Shown: positions 36,976 to 48,710 of the stretch, one piece after another | How the letters are laid out: each line of letters opens with the position of its first letter | Numbering within the stretch: the stretch's first letter is position 1 | DNA from: Microthyrium microscopicum | Lineage: Eukaryota | Direction: 5' to 3' | DNA length: 64,000 nucleotides | NCBI GenBank assembly: GCA_010405405.1 | Contig: MU004232.1 | Coordinates: 193,540 to 257,539, forward strand | Program-made: the position numbers and the translations under genes | The notes under the pieces: generated by a model | Databases searched by the model: none | The model's input: the letters and a program-made list of their open reading frames with translations, nothing else | Told to the model about the DNA's origin: nothing

Positions 36976-38488
36976 GTGGCTCATGAAATCATAATTCTTT
37001 CTCCTCTGTCTTTCGTCCAAGCTCTTTTGAGTTTTCTACATATACCCGTACAGTTGTGCTAGTTACCGTTATTGTCATACATGTTGGCCAAGGTTTGCCC
37101 CTGAACTGCACAGTCAGCTATCTCATACTGTGGATATCAATGCTTGGTGTTGCCCAGTTTGTCAGTCGTATCCCATCTGATATGCCTGTGACCTTGAATA
37201 CTGAGGCTGAATTTCTTGGCCAGCATGGAAATAACCAGGTACTGAAAAGACGGAAAGACTATTATCAAAATAGCGAATGGTGATTGCAGGAATCACGGCG
37301 GATTACCTAAGCCTTTTCCAGTCATATGCGTTCTACAAAATTCAGCAAAGAAGAGCAGCACCTCGGAACCCGGTGAGCCAATGGTTTCACGTCAACCCGG
37401 CCGTGTTCGCCATCCTATATCCTAGTAAGAGAACCGTTGTTGGGAACGTGAACAGCAGTGGTATGATGCCTTTTCTTGGGCATTCGTTCCTTGGATGGCA
37501 AAGGGCAACGGTAGTAAGCTTTCGTCGATCAGCCTTATGCGCCTGCTGAGAATTCGTCTGACGCCTATGGTAAGTACCATGTGGTAAATTATGGGCACTA
37601 CTGAACATCGGCCGGATACAGGCAGGGAAAAGTTGATAATGACTTCTCGGGTCCCATTGCATGTCACTCTCCAGACAAGCGCAGACGCCAGTTGAACCAA
37701 TCCGCGGGTAGACAAAGTGCACGTTTTGACTGCTCGTTTTCGTAACCTCAGGCTTGAAGAGAAAGCTGATGATGGAAAGGTGAAAAATTGGTATTCATTG
37801 AGCTGGTTAGGACTCCTGAATTGCACTAGGAAAAACAACGATGGCGCGCCTTCGACATTTTTAGACGCGGAGCGCGCAACGGTCGTTGAGTTTCGTTTAC
37901 GAAATTCATGCTGTTGAGCAGTCGTACGGCGGCTGTAAAAGAACTTTGGACCTTTATATTGCTTTTTGGAGACTCCTTTATCGCCTGTTGCTTTTGCAGA
38001 ACAGATGCAAATCGAGCGCCGTAGGTATGGCCACAGAACAATCGATCAGATACATAGTAGTGGATAGTATAATAGTTTTGGTATGATAGACAAGAGGCAA
38101 GAGAAAGACCCAAGAAGATCAACAATTTAAAGTTCAGTGAGTGCCACTGGTCAGGGTAGACGCCACATGGATTAAATGGCGATTTGCATATTGCCCATCC
38201 TCCACTCTGGACTCTGCAGTCTCAACCTCTTGCTCTTCCACACTGGCACCCAACTCCAACCGACACTACCCTACTCCACTTCCAAATTCTTCCACTTCGC
38301 CTCCATCAGCTTCGCTGTCTCTACTGCTTCAATCATCCGTTCCTCCACATCTTCAGCAACCGTTCGATAACCTCTACTATCAAATACGCATCACCGTCAT
38401 TCTCTAGAGTCTCGGTGATTCACGACGCAACGAGCATTCTGCCTCCTCTTCCTCGGCCCTTTCGTCTGATTTCCATGCTTCGACGCCG

Positions 38489-39856
38489 ATGACGACTATA
38501 ACTTCATCTCCCTCCATCTCCCCCAAGTCGTTCAATCTTCCATCGACTCGCAACTATCGAGGTGCCGCCTCGTCGTCTCCCGGCGGCGGCACCTCTCCGT
38601 TTACTCATCCGCTCCTGCGACCCTCACCGCCCCTTCTACCGCGAAACCGTGATGTTCTCACATCCTCGCGCGCACACACTTCGTCCGCCCCGGTAGCAGG
38701 AACAAGTGGTGCTAGTCGCCTGGCACAGCAAACGCCGAGCGCTGTTGAGTCAGCTATCGTCACATCTGCGCCGCGCCAGATTCCTATTCCTTCTGCATCA
38801 ACTACGCAATCTACCAGTGCTATAGGACAGACGCGCGACTTCGGTACGCAGTATACACCGCCAGGATATCCTCCAACTGCAAACGCTGCGATATTATCAC
38901 GTCGTGTTGCGGACGACTTGTCGCAGCTTCTTGTAAGTGGAAAGAGGAGCGACAAGCCGAAAGAGGACTCCGATACAGATATGGATAGCAGCAGTGGTGA
39001 TGTCTTTATGACTGATGGTGCTGGTTCTAATGAAAACACTCCTAGTGGTAAAGATCCAGTTGCCGCAGAGCCATCTAGCGCCTCCAAGGTCCTTGATGGC
39101 GAACCGCCAGCCGAACCAATTCTTCAGCCTGTGGATACGACAGACGTGGCCGAATCCAGCGGAAAGGCAGCAAAAAGATCTGAATCAGGTCTTAACTTGA
39201 CTCCCGAGTCGTCCTCGTCACTACTCAATGCTGTATCTAGCCCAAGCAAAAAACCCAAGCCCACCAAGGATGTCAAAATTATGCCCAAGAATTACATGGA
39301 CGGTGATATCCGAGAAATGGGCGTAATCATATCAGATATGCTCATGGAACTAATTCGACTAAACGACCAACTTCCACCTAGAGAAGGATTTCTAACCAGA
39401 TTCCACTCACGGTACGTATCCTACATCAAATCAATTGCCAATTTTAACAACCATTGCAGCGCTCCACCAACAATCTCAGTCCGCGACTATCTCCAGCGCC
39501 TGATAGTGCACGCCACCCTCTCTCCTCCGATCCTCCTCGCCATGGTCTACTACATCGATCGCCTATGCTCACTCTACCCCGCCTTTACCATCACATCCCT
39601 CACCGTTCATCGTTTTCTGATTACCGCTGCCACCGTGGCCGCCAAAGGACTTAGCGACTCCTTCTGGACGAACCACACATATGCCCGCGTCGGCGGTGTC
39701 AGTACCAAAGAACTGGCTATGCTTGAACTAGACTTTCTTGGGAGACTAGACTGGATTATTGTGCCCAAGGCTGAGGTTTTGGAAGACTACTATCGCAGTC
39801 TGGTGGCTCGAGCGGATGGGCATGTTCTTGAGGGCGAAGAGACGGACTCTACGTGA
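38489..39856 (+). CDS. pho80: Pho80/PREG-like cyclin (negative regulator of the phosphate response)
   Basis: Cyclin box LTRFHSR/APPTISVRDYLQRL...HRFLITAATVAAKGLSDSFWTNHTYARVGG...LELDFL. Intron 39412-39459 (48 nt, in frame). Confidence 0.9.
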   Translation: MTTITSSPSISPKSFNLPSTRNYRGAASSSPGGGTSPFTHPLLRPSPPLLPRNRDVLTSSRAHTSSAPVAGTSGASRLAQQTPSAVESAIVTSAPRQIPIPSASTTQSTSAIGQTRDFGTQYTPPGYPPTANAAILSRRVADDLSQLLVSGKRSDKPKEDSDTDMDSSSGDVFMTDGAGSNENTPSGKDPVAAEPSSASKVLDGEPPAEPILQPVDTTDVAESSGKAAKRSESGLNLTPESSSSLLNAVSSPSKKPKPTKDVKIMPKNYMDGDIREMGVIISDMLMELIRLNDQLPPREGFLTRFHSRYVSYIKSIANFNNHCSAPPTISVRDYLQRLIVHATLSPPILLAMVYYIDRLCSLYPAFTITSLTVHRFLITAATVAAKGLSDSFWTNHTYARVGGVSTKELAMLELDFLGRLDWIIVPKAEVLEDYYRSLVARADGHVLEGEETDST

Positions 39857-42210
39857 ATGGTTTAATTGGGTTTATGGCTATGTAGGTATGATGGGATGAT
39901 TGGGAACGCGACAGGATAAAGGGTCTCAGCAAGCACCCAGAGACATTGTCATGTATGTATTGTGACGATGTCGAGTGCTTATGAGAAGTTATTGGGCATG
40001 GAGGATTGTTTTAGCATTTGTTTGCATGGCGCTGGTGGATTCATGTTTAGAAATGTCAGATAATCAAAAGGCATAAGTTCGGTAACGCTCGTAATACAAA
40101 TAACTCAACTTTAATGGATTTCTATATGCTGCACTTCGTGTTTTCACTTTGCTTCCAAAGATATGCTCTGTCTGGAGGATACGATTATAGTCGGACTTCT
40201 TGCCGAGAATGCGCTGTGAAGTCCGCTAGATCTCATTGAGGTCGTGATACCTTACTAGTAGATTCAATGGTCTCATTCACATACTGTATATAGGTACCTG
40301 TCAATCGAATTGACAATAGCGATGATAGAATTGCCTGAAAACATGTCTTATCGTCTATCATCAATGGCCCTTCACAGCATACCTTCGCCACAAACCATCA
40401 CACCGAAAAGCGGCGTATGACCCCACATACCGGTATTCAGGAACAAGCAATCATCTACCCTCTAATGACGAGCACACCACACCAAGCAATCTAAGCAACA
40501 TCCATTGCGGCTCCAACATCCTCTCTGGGCCTAACTACCAAATACGCCGAAGCAGGAGAGCTGATTATTCAGTAGTAGTCGCCCTGGGTGGGCGTGGTCT
40601 CGCGACTTGCAGGGTCTTTCATCCGCACGGTTCGAGACTTTCAAACTCCAAGGATTCGCAACCTCAAATGGAACGACGTGCAGCAAAGAGGCTAGAGGAT
40701 CGGAACGGAGTGCACGGGAGTCTCGGTCCGAAGCAGAACAGTTATTGAAGGATCCCGCTGTCGTCTCCACGAGTTCGTCTTCATTTGGCATTATTAGAAA
40801 AGAAGTGGTGTAGAATAATCGATGGGGGTGAAAGTAAGCCAACGAGAATAAAGGCTTTGCGATGGGTTGCATCATGTCTGGCCAGTAGGATTTGCGCAAG
40901 TTGGACTGGTGTGATGTGCTGGTCCAATGACTTGTAATCGCTGGATGAATATGCGTGTGGTCATACGTTGAAGTGATCTAGCCATACATGAGCATACTGA
41001 GCCATAGAATACCTAGTACTAGTCAAAGCAGCATGTCACTTTGAATGAGTCTCATATTCAAGGAGTGAAGTCCGTGGTATTGTACCTTGATCCCAACATC
41101 TTTGGAGGGGTGAACTTGGAGGGGTGAAAATGATACAAGGCAAGGAGAAGTTACCCCGGATTTCTGGCGAAAGCACGCAAGCAAAAGCAAGGCGTGGCAT
41201 GCTGTCAAACTGAGATGGGCAGGGCATTGGATGGCGGGGATTGACGGTTGATATCGGACTTGATCATTGCGTTTGGTTGTAGGTGGTAGATTGCGGGATT
41301 GATGCTGAATGATAGAATGATAAAGGGAACGATAGAGTATTACTTCGGCGTGATTCATTGTTGTCTATCTCAAAGTGGTGCGGGGCTTTTGGAGGGTTGA
41401 TTGCTCGTGCTCTGCTATCATCCACCATAGGTCTTGTTATGCTTGATCTGTATGAGAGATAACTTCCCCCAAAGAACACAACCTCGGATGTAGATACAAG
41501 AGTACTAACATACAGGATCCAGACGTTCCTGCCAAAGTACAGGCGTACCTGCCGTGGGTGGTGGGTGCGAGGTGGTGGGATGGCAGGTGCGGTCGATGGT
41601 GCAACCGCACCAATGTATCGTAGTGGGGAAGTCGCAACTGAGCAACAAGTGAGAGATGGAGGGAAGGCACGACTGACCTGTAGGAAAGCGCGAGAACTGT
41701 GACCAGGATCGTGCCTGCCAACTTCCTTCGCGCCCTCATCGCTCACCTGCCCCGCTCAATCCCTGTCCTCTGTTATTGTCTGAGCTGGCTTTGACTGTGT
41801 GGCCCCCTTGTTATGCATGTCGCAGACTATTCATCCTCTTACAATCGCTGAACTAAGCCTTTATTGCACCCTGAATCCACCCCGCAACCCCCTACAGTCA
41901 ACTCCCCGACCACGCTCTCCAAACTCACAGCCCAGACTCGCATTGCGCTCCTGTGCTCCTGCTGCTTCTACTCCACTTCCACTGCGACTGCTGTCTCTCT
42001 GGGATGCTCTTGCTCTTGCTCCTGTACTCTTGATCTATTTCCCCTTCCATCTCTCTCACTATCAACTACTATTCACTATTGTATCCCATTCCTCCAACCA
42101 ATTCTGTATTTCCTTTCTAATCCCTTTCTATCTATTCTTCTCTATCACCTTACTCTCTTATAATCTTTGATTTCCTGTCCGCTTACACTTCTCTTCTTCA
42201 CCTTCGTCCC

Positions 42211-45200
42211 ATGTCCGATTATAGCTACGCCACTTCTTATACTCGTTCTCATTCTCGTTCCAACGATTCTTCTTACATACGCCGAAACTCCACACGTTAT
42301 GCCCATGAGGACATGATCTCCGAGATTGGCGACAGACACCCACCTTCAAGACATAGACGCGGCAGTGACAAGAAGTCTTCTGGAGACAGCAAGTACAGCG
42401 GTTCTGGCCTTCCAGCTGCTCCTTTTCCAGCACGTCTCTCCATGTTTCAAGCAAGTTGCAATACTGACTACTAAATAGCCTTCTCCACCTTCCCATATCT
42501 TGCCTTATCATCCAAATGTAAACGCTCCACCACCTGTACCACTTGCTCCACAACCACCATCCTCCCGTGGCAGGCTATCTCAGCCATCAACTCCCCCAAA
42601 TAGAGGCGTCAACAATCAGCGAGTTTACTCTGCTCCACAGCCACCTCCGTTTGCTGGCAGGGTTGATTATGGCTCTTCATACTCGCCAACACGATCACAA
42701 CCCCGTGCTCGTTCTCCACCGAGAATTCAGCCTAGAGCCAAATCGCCCTCTTATTCATCCCATGTATCTCATGTATCCCAGTCCAGGCCAACTTCTAGTG
42801 GACACGATAGTGTCTCTAGACGTATCATCAAAGCTAGACGCAATTCGTCACGTTCCACTAGGAGCTCCCCAAAGCAGAAGCGCTTCCCATGGCCACCACC
42901 AAACTGCCATCTCGATACCTATGTTACACCCCAGGAGGCGCTGGAATACACAGCAAATGGAGCTCTCGAATTCCAAGGCAAGACGAAGGAAATGCCATTC
43001 ACCGATGATAGAGCACATCGCTTCTATGCCGATATCTTCCTCGGAATTGACAGCAATAAGATAGCCGACGACAAAGCTCCAATATGCGACATGACTCTCA
43101 AAGACATTTCTCTTACTTTTATGACCGGTGAACAGGGCTGGTTCACAGATAAGAGTCTAGAGTATCCCAACATGCTATATGCCTATGGACGAAGCCCTGG
43201 CACCACCACTCTCGATTGGTTCGTAGGAATGAGAGGTGATCTGCGATCTCCCGTGAACTTTGCGGATACCGGAGTGAAGCGGAGAAAGATGAAATTGATC
43301 GCCATTCTAGAACGACTTGGTCAGATTGAGACCCAGAGCTTGCAAGAGGTACTTAAATCGGCAAAATTCTGCTGGTCCAACTAACACTGAAAACAGAGCC
43401 CAATCGAACAATATCATGCTCTTTACGACAGCTTGATAGACGATCCTCATCGCAATGATGACGACGCTCATTACGAACTCAAGGATCAAATCATAGACCT
43501 AATGTACGTGCTCATGAATAGAGATTGGATAGATTTCTCCATCCCAAAGAATCAGGTGGTCGCCAAATTCTTTGACTCACCAGACGAACGAATCAAAACA
43601 CGATTTTTTCACCAACTTTTACTTGCAGCTGAGCTGCACATTCGGATTCACAGTCCGTACCATGACGAAGAAACGATTGGCATTTTGCTGGAAAGAATGC
43701 CGCCTAAAGTCCTATGGGATCTAGCTCTTGCTCAACGCTGGCTAGAAAATATGCTCAGTGAGCAACTCAAATTGAGCGAGGACGAATGTCAATTCAATTT
43801 TGTTTTGCAAAACAAGAAACGACAAATCAAGGGCCTTCGACATTTTGCTCGTTTGCTCAAGTGGCCCAACCTCGAGGAGCTGGACTACGTTTTAAAGGAA
43901 CACAACGCCAGAGATACCGCGATTGAGGATCGATCAGCTGATACCATGTCCTGGTTCAGCTCTGTCATTCTTCCAGGCCCTACTCTACCGTTCCTGATTA
44001 TGAACTCTCTGATCGATTGCGACGAAGACACGGAAGGCAAGCTCAGCTACCTGACCCATGTTAAACCTAATTGCGGCTTTCAATATCGAGCAAATACCTA
44101 TTGGTCTTCTCGGTGCATCATGGGCAAAGTTCTTGGCGCTTCCCGTGGCGTCAAAGAAGTAGGCGGCTGGATTGGGCCCTGTCACTATGCTCCAAGATTG
44201 GAACGCACCCAGTGCGTACTAGTTCGTACCAAAACTAGCCCGGCTGAAAAAGCCGGCAAGGTGATTGAACGAGTCGATATTGAGGATATGCACATCAAAA
44301 GTCATCCTCTTGGTCCTGAAGGCGAGGAGTATAGTGACGATGAGGACTGTGTGCGAATTGGAGACTTTGACGTTCCTCTCGCACCGGATCCGTTTGCCGA
44401 GGGCGGCGACGTTGTCATACGCATCCAAAAGCTAGACTTTGAAACTGAAGAAACAGTCAAGAAGAAGGGTGCTAACGTCTACGATGCCAAGGTCGTCTTT
44501 GCCATTCATGGTGCAAACGTATCAATGAGACTGCGCTATGACGTAGACTTTGTTTGCGCCCCTATGTGCGCCAATGGTCCTCATGCTCTCTGGAACGGGT
44601 ACAAGACACATACCATCCGCGTTGAAGAAGGCCTGCGCGAACTCAAAGGCTGGGGCAAAGTCGCCCGTCGTGGATCCAAATCACTTGTCGTTGCTGAGAA
44701 AAGCATGACGGTGGCACGTCGCATTGCCAATGAGGATCGTGACTTTCACTACTCCTCCGCTGATGGAGAGGATTGGGGCTCAGAATACGGCGAGAACCGA
44801 CCCCTCTCACGAAGTAGACGTTCTCTGCCAACTGCCCCGGAGCCTCCAACCGCCCGTCTTAGTCAGTCTTCATTGACCTATGTAGACGAGGAGGACGAGT
44901 ATGAGCCGACGTCACCATCAAAGGCGCTGACTACCTGGAAAGGCGAGTCAGCGAAGAGCGATTCAGCGGTTGCACTTATCCCAACAACCGCTGAGCAGCG
45001 CGAAACAACCCTGTTGATTGATGCCACTGGCGTCTCTGACAATGAGGTGTTCGCACGAGCCTGGTGTGCCAACTGGGGCGCCCATGCTATCATTGCCAAT
45101 ATACGCGAGACTTGCATCGCCTGCGCAGTGCGTGAAGCACGAGCGGCAGAGATTGAAGTGGTCATTCTCACAGAGGGTGGGAATAAGGAGGAGAAGGATC

Positions 45201-45235
45201 AAGGAGTGTGGGATAACGTTAGCACAATGAGCTAA
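42211..45235 (+). CDS. Conserved fungal hypothetical protein (P/S-rich N-terminus, large globular domain, C-terminal ARAWC...CxxC motif)
   Basis: Three ORFs joined by introns 42430-42478 (GC donor) and 43349-43396. Blocks MNRDWIDFS, FFHQLLLAAEL, LWDLALAQRW, YWSSRCIMGKVLG...GWIGPC, EVFARAWCANWG...TCIACAVREA. Confidence 0.8.
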
Positions 45236-46269
45236 CTTGGGGGCGCGAAAACCCTTGAAAATCTGGAAATATTCATGGTCTTCTTTGGTGTTACTGGCGC
45301 GGGTCGTTGGATTCTCCTTTCTTGAAAGAATCTGAAGAAGCGCTATGTGATCTCGAGAGGCTATGAGGATTTCCTGGACCTACTTTTAGTAGGGAAATGA
45401 TATACCACACTTTGAAGAAGTCCCCTAAGAACAGGGGAAGAGGCGGATCTGCTGGTGATTTGTGTCATGTTTCATTATGTTGCAACATTTTTCATCTTGC
45501 TGGCTGGATATGGCTGTTATGATAGTACGAATAATATTATGACGGTCTTCATGATCAATTAGTTTCAAACTATACTCACTTGTGCTTGGTGCTTATCTTG
45601 TTTAGGTTCGTTTGTAAGGCGGATCCAACTACATGCCTGTGCCTTGTTTCTAGGACTTGCTTAACTTCTTTCTGTTCCAGCTCTACCACTAAAGGAAGCG
45701 TCTGTTCTCCAGAACGATAAGAGTCCCAGGCGAACTTGCGCTACCTTCCCCGCAACTTGTCTTTCCAGGTGTTTGATAATTCTAGGTCTTTTGTTTATAT
45801 AGACTTTCCCGGTCCCGTCCGTTTCTCTCCAGCTCCTTTCCGTTCCGGCTCAGCCTCAGTTCAGTAAACCATGACACTTTGTCCTAGCGGTCAGCGAACT
45901 TCTCTGCAATATTCTTGATATGTTCTTCATGGCCTCGGGAACTATTTCGCAGTGGTGCTGCAAACGGGCTGTTTGAAGTCTTGCTCAGTGACGCCGTGGA
46001 CAGCTAGAGGCTCGCTGTTTGCACGTTTGTCGTGAACGATCGCAGCATGTCATGTTAATTCCAGTAACTTTAGTCTATCGCTACAATACAAGATACACAA
46101 TCTAGTCATCTCCACCTCATAGAAACTGTGAGATCTCAGTGATGATTCTTGTACACTGGACTCTGTACCTATACTTTATAACACACCCATTCTACCAACT
46201 TACTCACAGGACCACCACAGTCCCACAATATCACCTCATCATATCATATCCCATGACAATACAACCAAA

Positions 46270-47698
46270 ATGTCTCCCCCAAAACCATCAAAACCAAAAT
46301 ACCACCCCTCCTCACCCCTAAACCATCCCTTCTCAACATTCCTCCCTCGCGCCCCCTCACCGACTGAGCGATATCGTGAATATGGAACCCACGATTTCGA
46401 CGAGCCGGCCGTTTCTGACGGTAGAACGATTTATGAACGACGACGGGCCAATGCGTGGGCGAGGCCGTTTCAGCGTGGGGCTGAGTTTGATAGGTGGCTG
46501 AAACGGCGGGATGAACAGGCCCGGCGGGGGAGAGCGAGGGGGAGAAGGGAAGTGGTTGAATTAAGTGAATCAAGTTTTGGTGAGGTGAATAGCGAGAGAA
46601 GGAGGGGAAGTAGTTCTGGTGAGTTTTGTTTATAGTTGGGCGTGGTGGCTCGTTGGTGGGGAAGTGGTGAGTGGTGATGGTTGCTGATGGTTGTAGATAC
46701 GATTCGCGCGCAATCGAGGTCTTCACGAGGAGTGTGCGAGGAGGATGAACATGGGATTAAGAACAAGAAGAGTCAAAAGAGTTTGAAGATTACACCGATG
46801 CATGGAATTAGTGAGGATAATCGGATTATTCCGTGTGATGTTAAGCGCTGTGCTGGATGTCGCTTTCAAATTGATAGGGTATGTCACTTTCTTACCCACG
46901 ATATTGATTTTGGCTAATGAGGCAGAAACCGGTGGCTATGCCTTCTTGGTTAGGGATGAGAAATCCGGATGGGACGAATTATCCTGTAAGTTCTCTCCTC
47001 TTCTCATAGTGTGGCAGTGACTGATGAGAGTAAAGCCAATACTCTATGAGATGCCCGAAGAGCTCCAGGACGCAGCAAGATCTCTCTGGGACCGCATGCT
47101 TCCATGCCACGAACAAGACGTGCTGGGTGCATTCATTGAAGCCAATAAACTCTATGCTAAGTGCATGGACGACAGTAAACCTGATATGACGTGGGAGTCA
47201 TGTCGACCGCTTGCACTAGCGAGAATCATGCACTTTGAGACGCTCAACCCGGGTACTCAGAGACGCAAAAAGTACCAAAGAAGAGCGTTGTACCAGGAAC
47301 AATCCCAAATTGACGTATGGGAGTGTGGACAATCACCTATTGAGGCAGTGGATGTTGTAGGATATTACGATGTTGGATCATATAGTGAAGGGCCCAGCAC
47401 CGTGAACGCGGATAGTGAGGAATCGGTCAACGGAGATTCCGATGGTGAGGCATTGGATAGCCATCCTGGGTCAAATAGTGTTGGATCGATAAGAAGTTTG
47501 AACTCGGACAATTCGGAATCAGATGGCGAGGGGTCTAGTCGTGATTCTAGGTTGGGCAAATTGCCAAAGGAGTCAAGAAGTAAGATCAGGCCGGCAGTGG
47601 AAATGGCAAACTGGTGTGAAGCTTTGGATGAAAAGCCATTGCCTGAATTGCCTGTGGAATTAGATTGTGTGGAAACTGGTAGACCGTCGACTGCTTGA
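46270..47698 (+). CDS. Hypothetical protein (4 exons)
   Basis: ORFs 46270.., 46681.. and 47024.. are joined in frame by introns 46619-46696 (GTGAGT), 46879-46925 (GTATGT) and 46986-47035 (GTAAGT), each with a CTRAY branch site. No recognisable domain. Confidence 0.65.
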
Positions 47699-48710
47699 AG
47701 TTCGGACTGAAGGTCAGCAGATATTTTCTGAGTTTGATGGTCTATGATCCATGAGAGAAGACTGTTGTCAGGAAAATCTGGACAACAGTAATAAAAGAGA
47801 TGACTTCTTTCTTTCTCGTTGAATGAGTCGTCTGCTCAACATCTTTTGATTGCAAATGCACATATCCTGTCTTTAAGATCAAAGAATCGCTCACCATCTA
47901 CTGTATATCACCAGTCCGCAAACCTTCAGTTGTGCGTGCCGACAGTGTCGATTCAATTTTCGTCCAACAACACAGGGTTCATGTACCTCATATCTCTAGA
48001 CTACCGGAACGAGCATTCTCCTGACTGTATTAGTCCTCGTACTCAAAAGTTTCTGTTGTTTGGAAACCTTCTGTAAACGCAAGTATCGATTCTGAAATTG
48101 TCTCAATTGCTCAATTTACAGCCATGGCACCAAATATCTGTCGATAAAGGCCCTGAATCTATGCTCAGCATATAATAGAAATTTTGAGCACTCTGAAGTT
48201 GGGACAGGATCAGGACACGATGTTGTAGATAGAGGCAGGGGTATGGCGTGGTAAAAGAAGCAACACTTTTCTAACAATAGACGCACTTGCCAGTTCTTGG
48301 CGGCTAGCATCCAATCACAACGCGCAGTCCTTGGTCCGCGTAATGTCGTCCCAACCGAAAGCATCAACTGCATCCCACGCCGTTCAACTTCTGTTGTACT
48401 CTCATCTTGAAGCAGCCAGATATCTGTATCACTTTCGATACAATCTTTCTAATCACTACCCTCCGCCCCCAGCATGCCATCGTAGGATTCATACGAGGTA
48501 CCTGTACCACCGGCCCTGAGCAAAGAACCTGTCACAACCGTCTGCGCAACACCCGTTGAGCTGCATATCAACAACTTCTCGCGACAAACTTGCCAGATGG
48601 CTTGATCCATTCGCTGCTTTTCGCTTCTCGCCTTTACCTCGACTGCTTGAACATACACCACTGTCAGGATCCCGTTGCGCTGCCTCTCAGTGCCCAATTG
48701 ATCTGCCGCG

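Noticed and set aside
45410..45440. GAAGTCCCC...GGGG resembling the RNase MRP P4 motif
   Set aside because: It lies in a 3'UTR, and the other conserved elements and distal P4 partner were not found.
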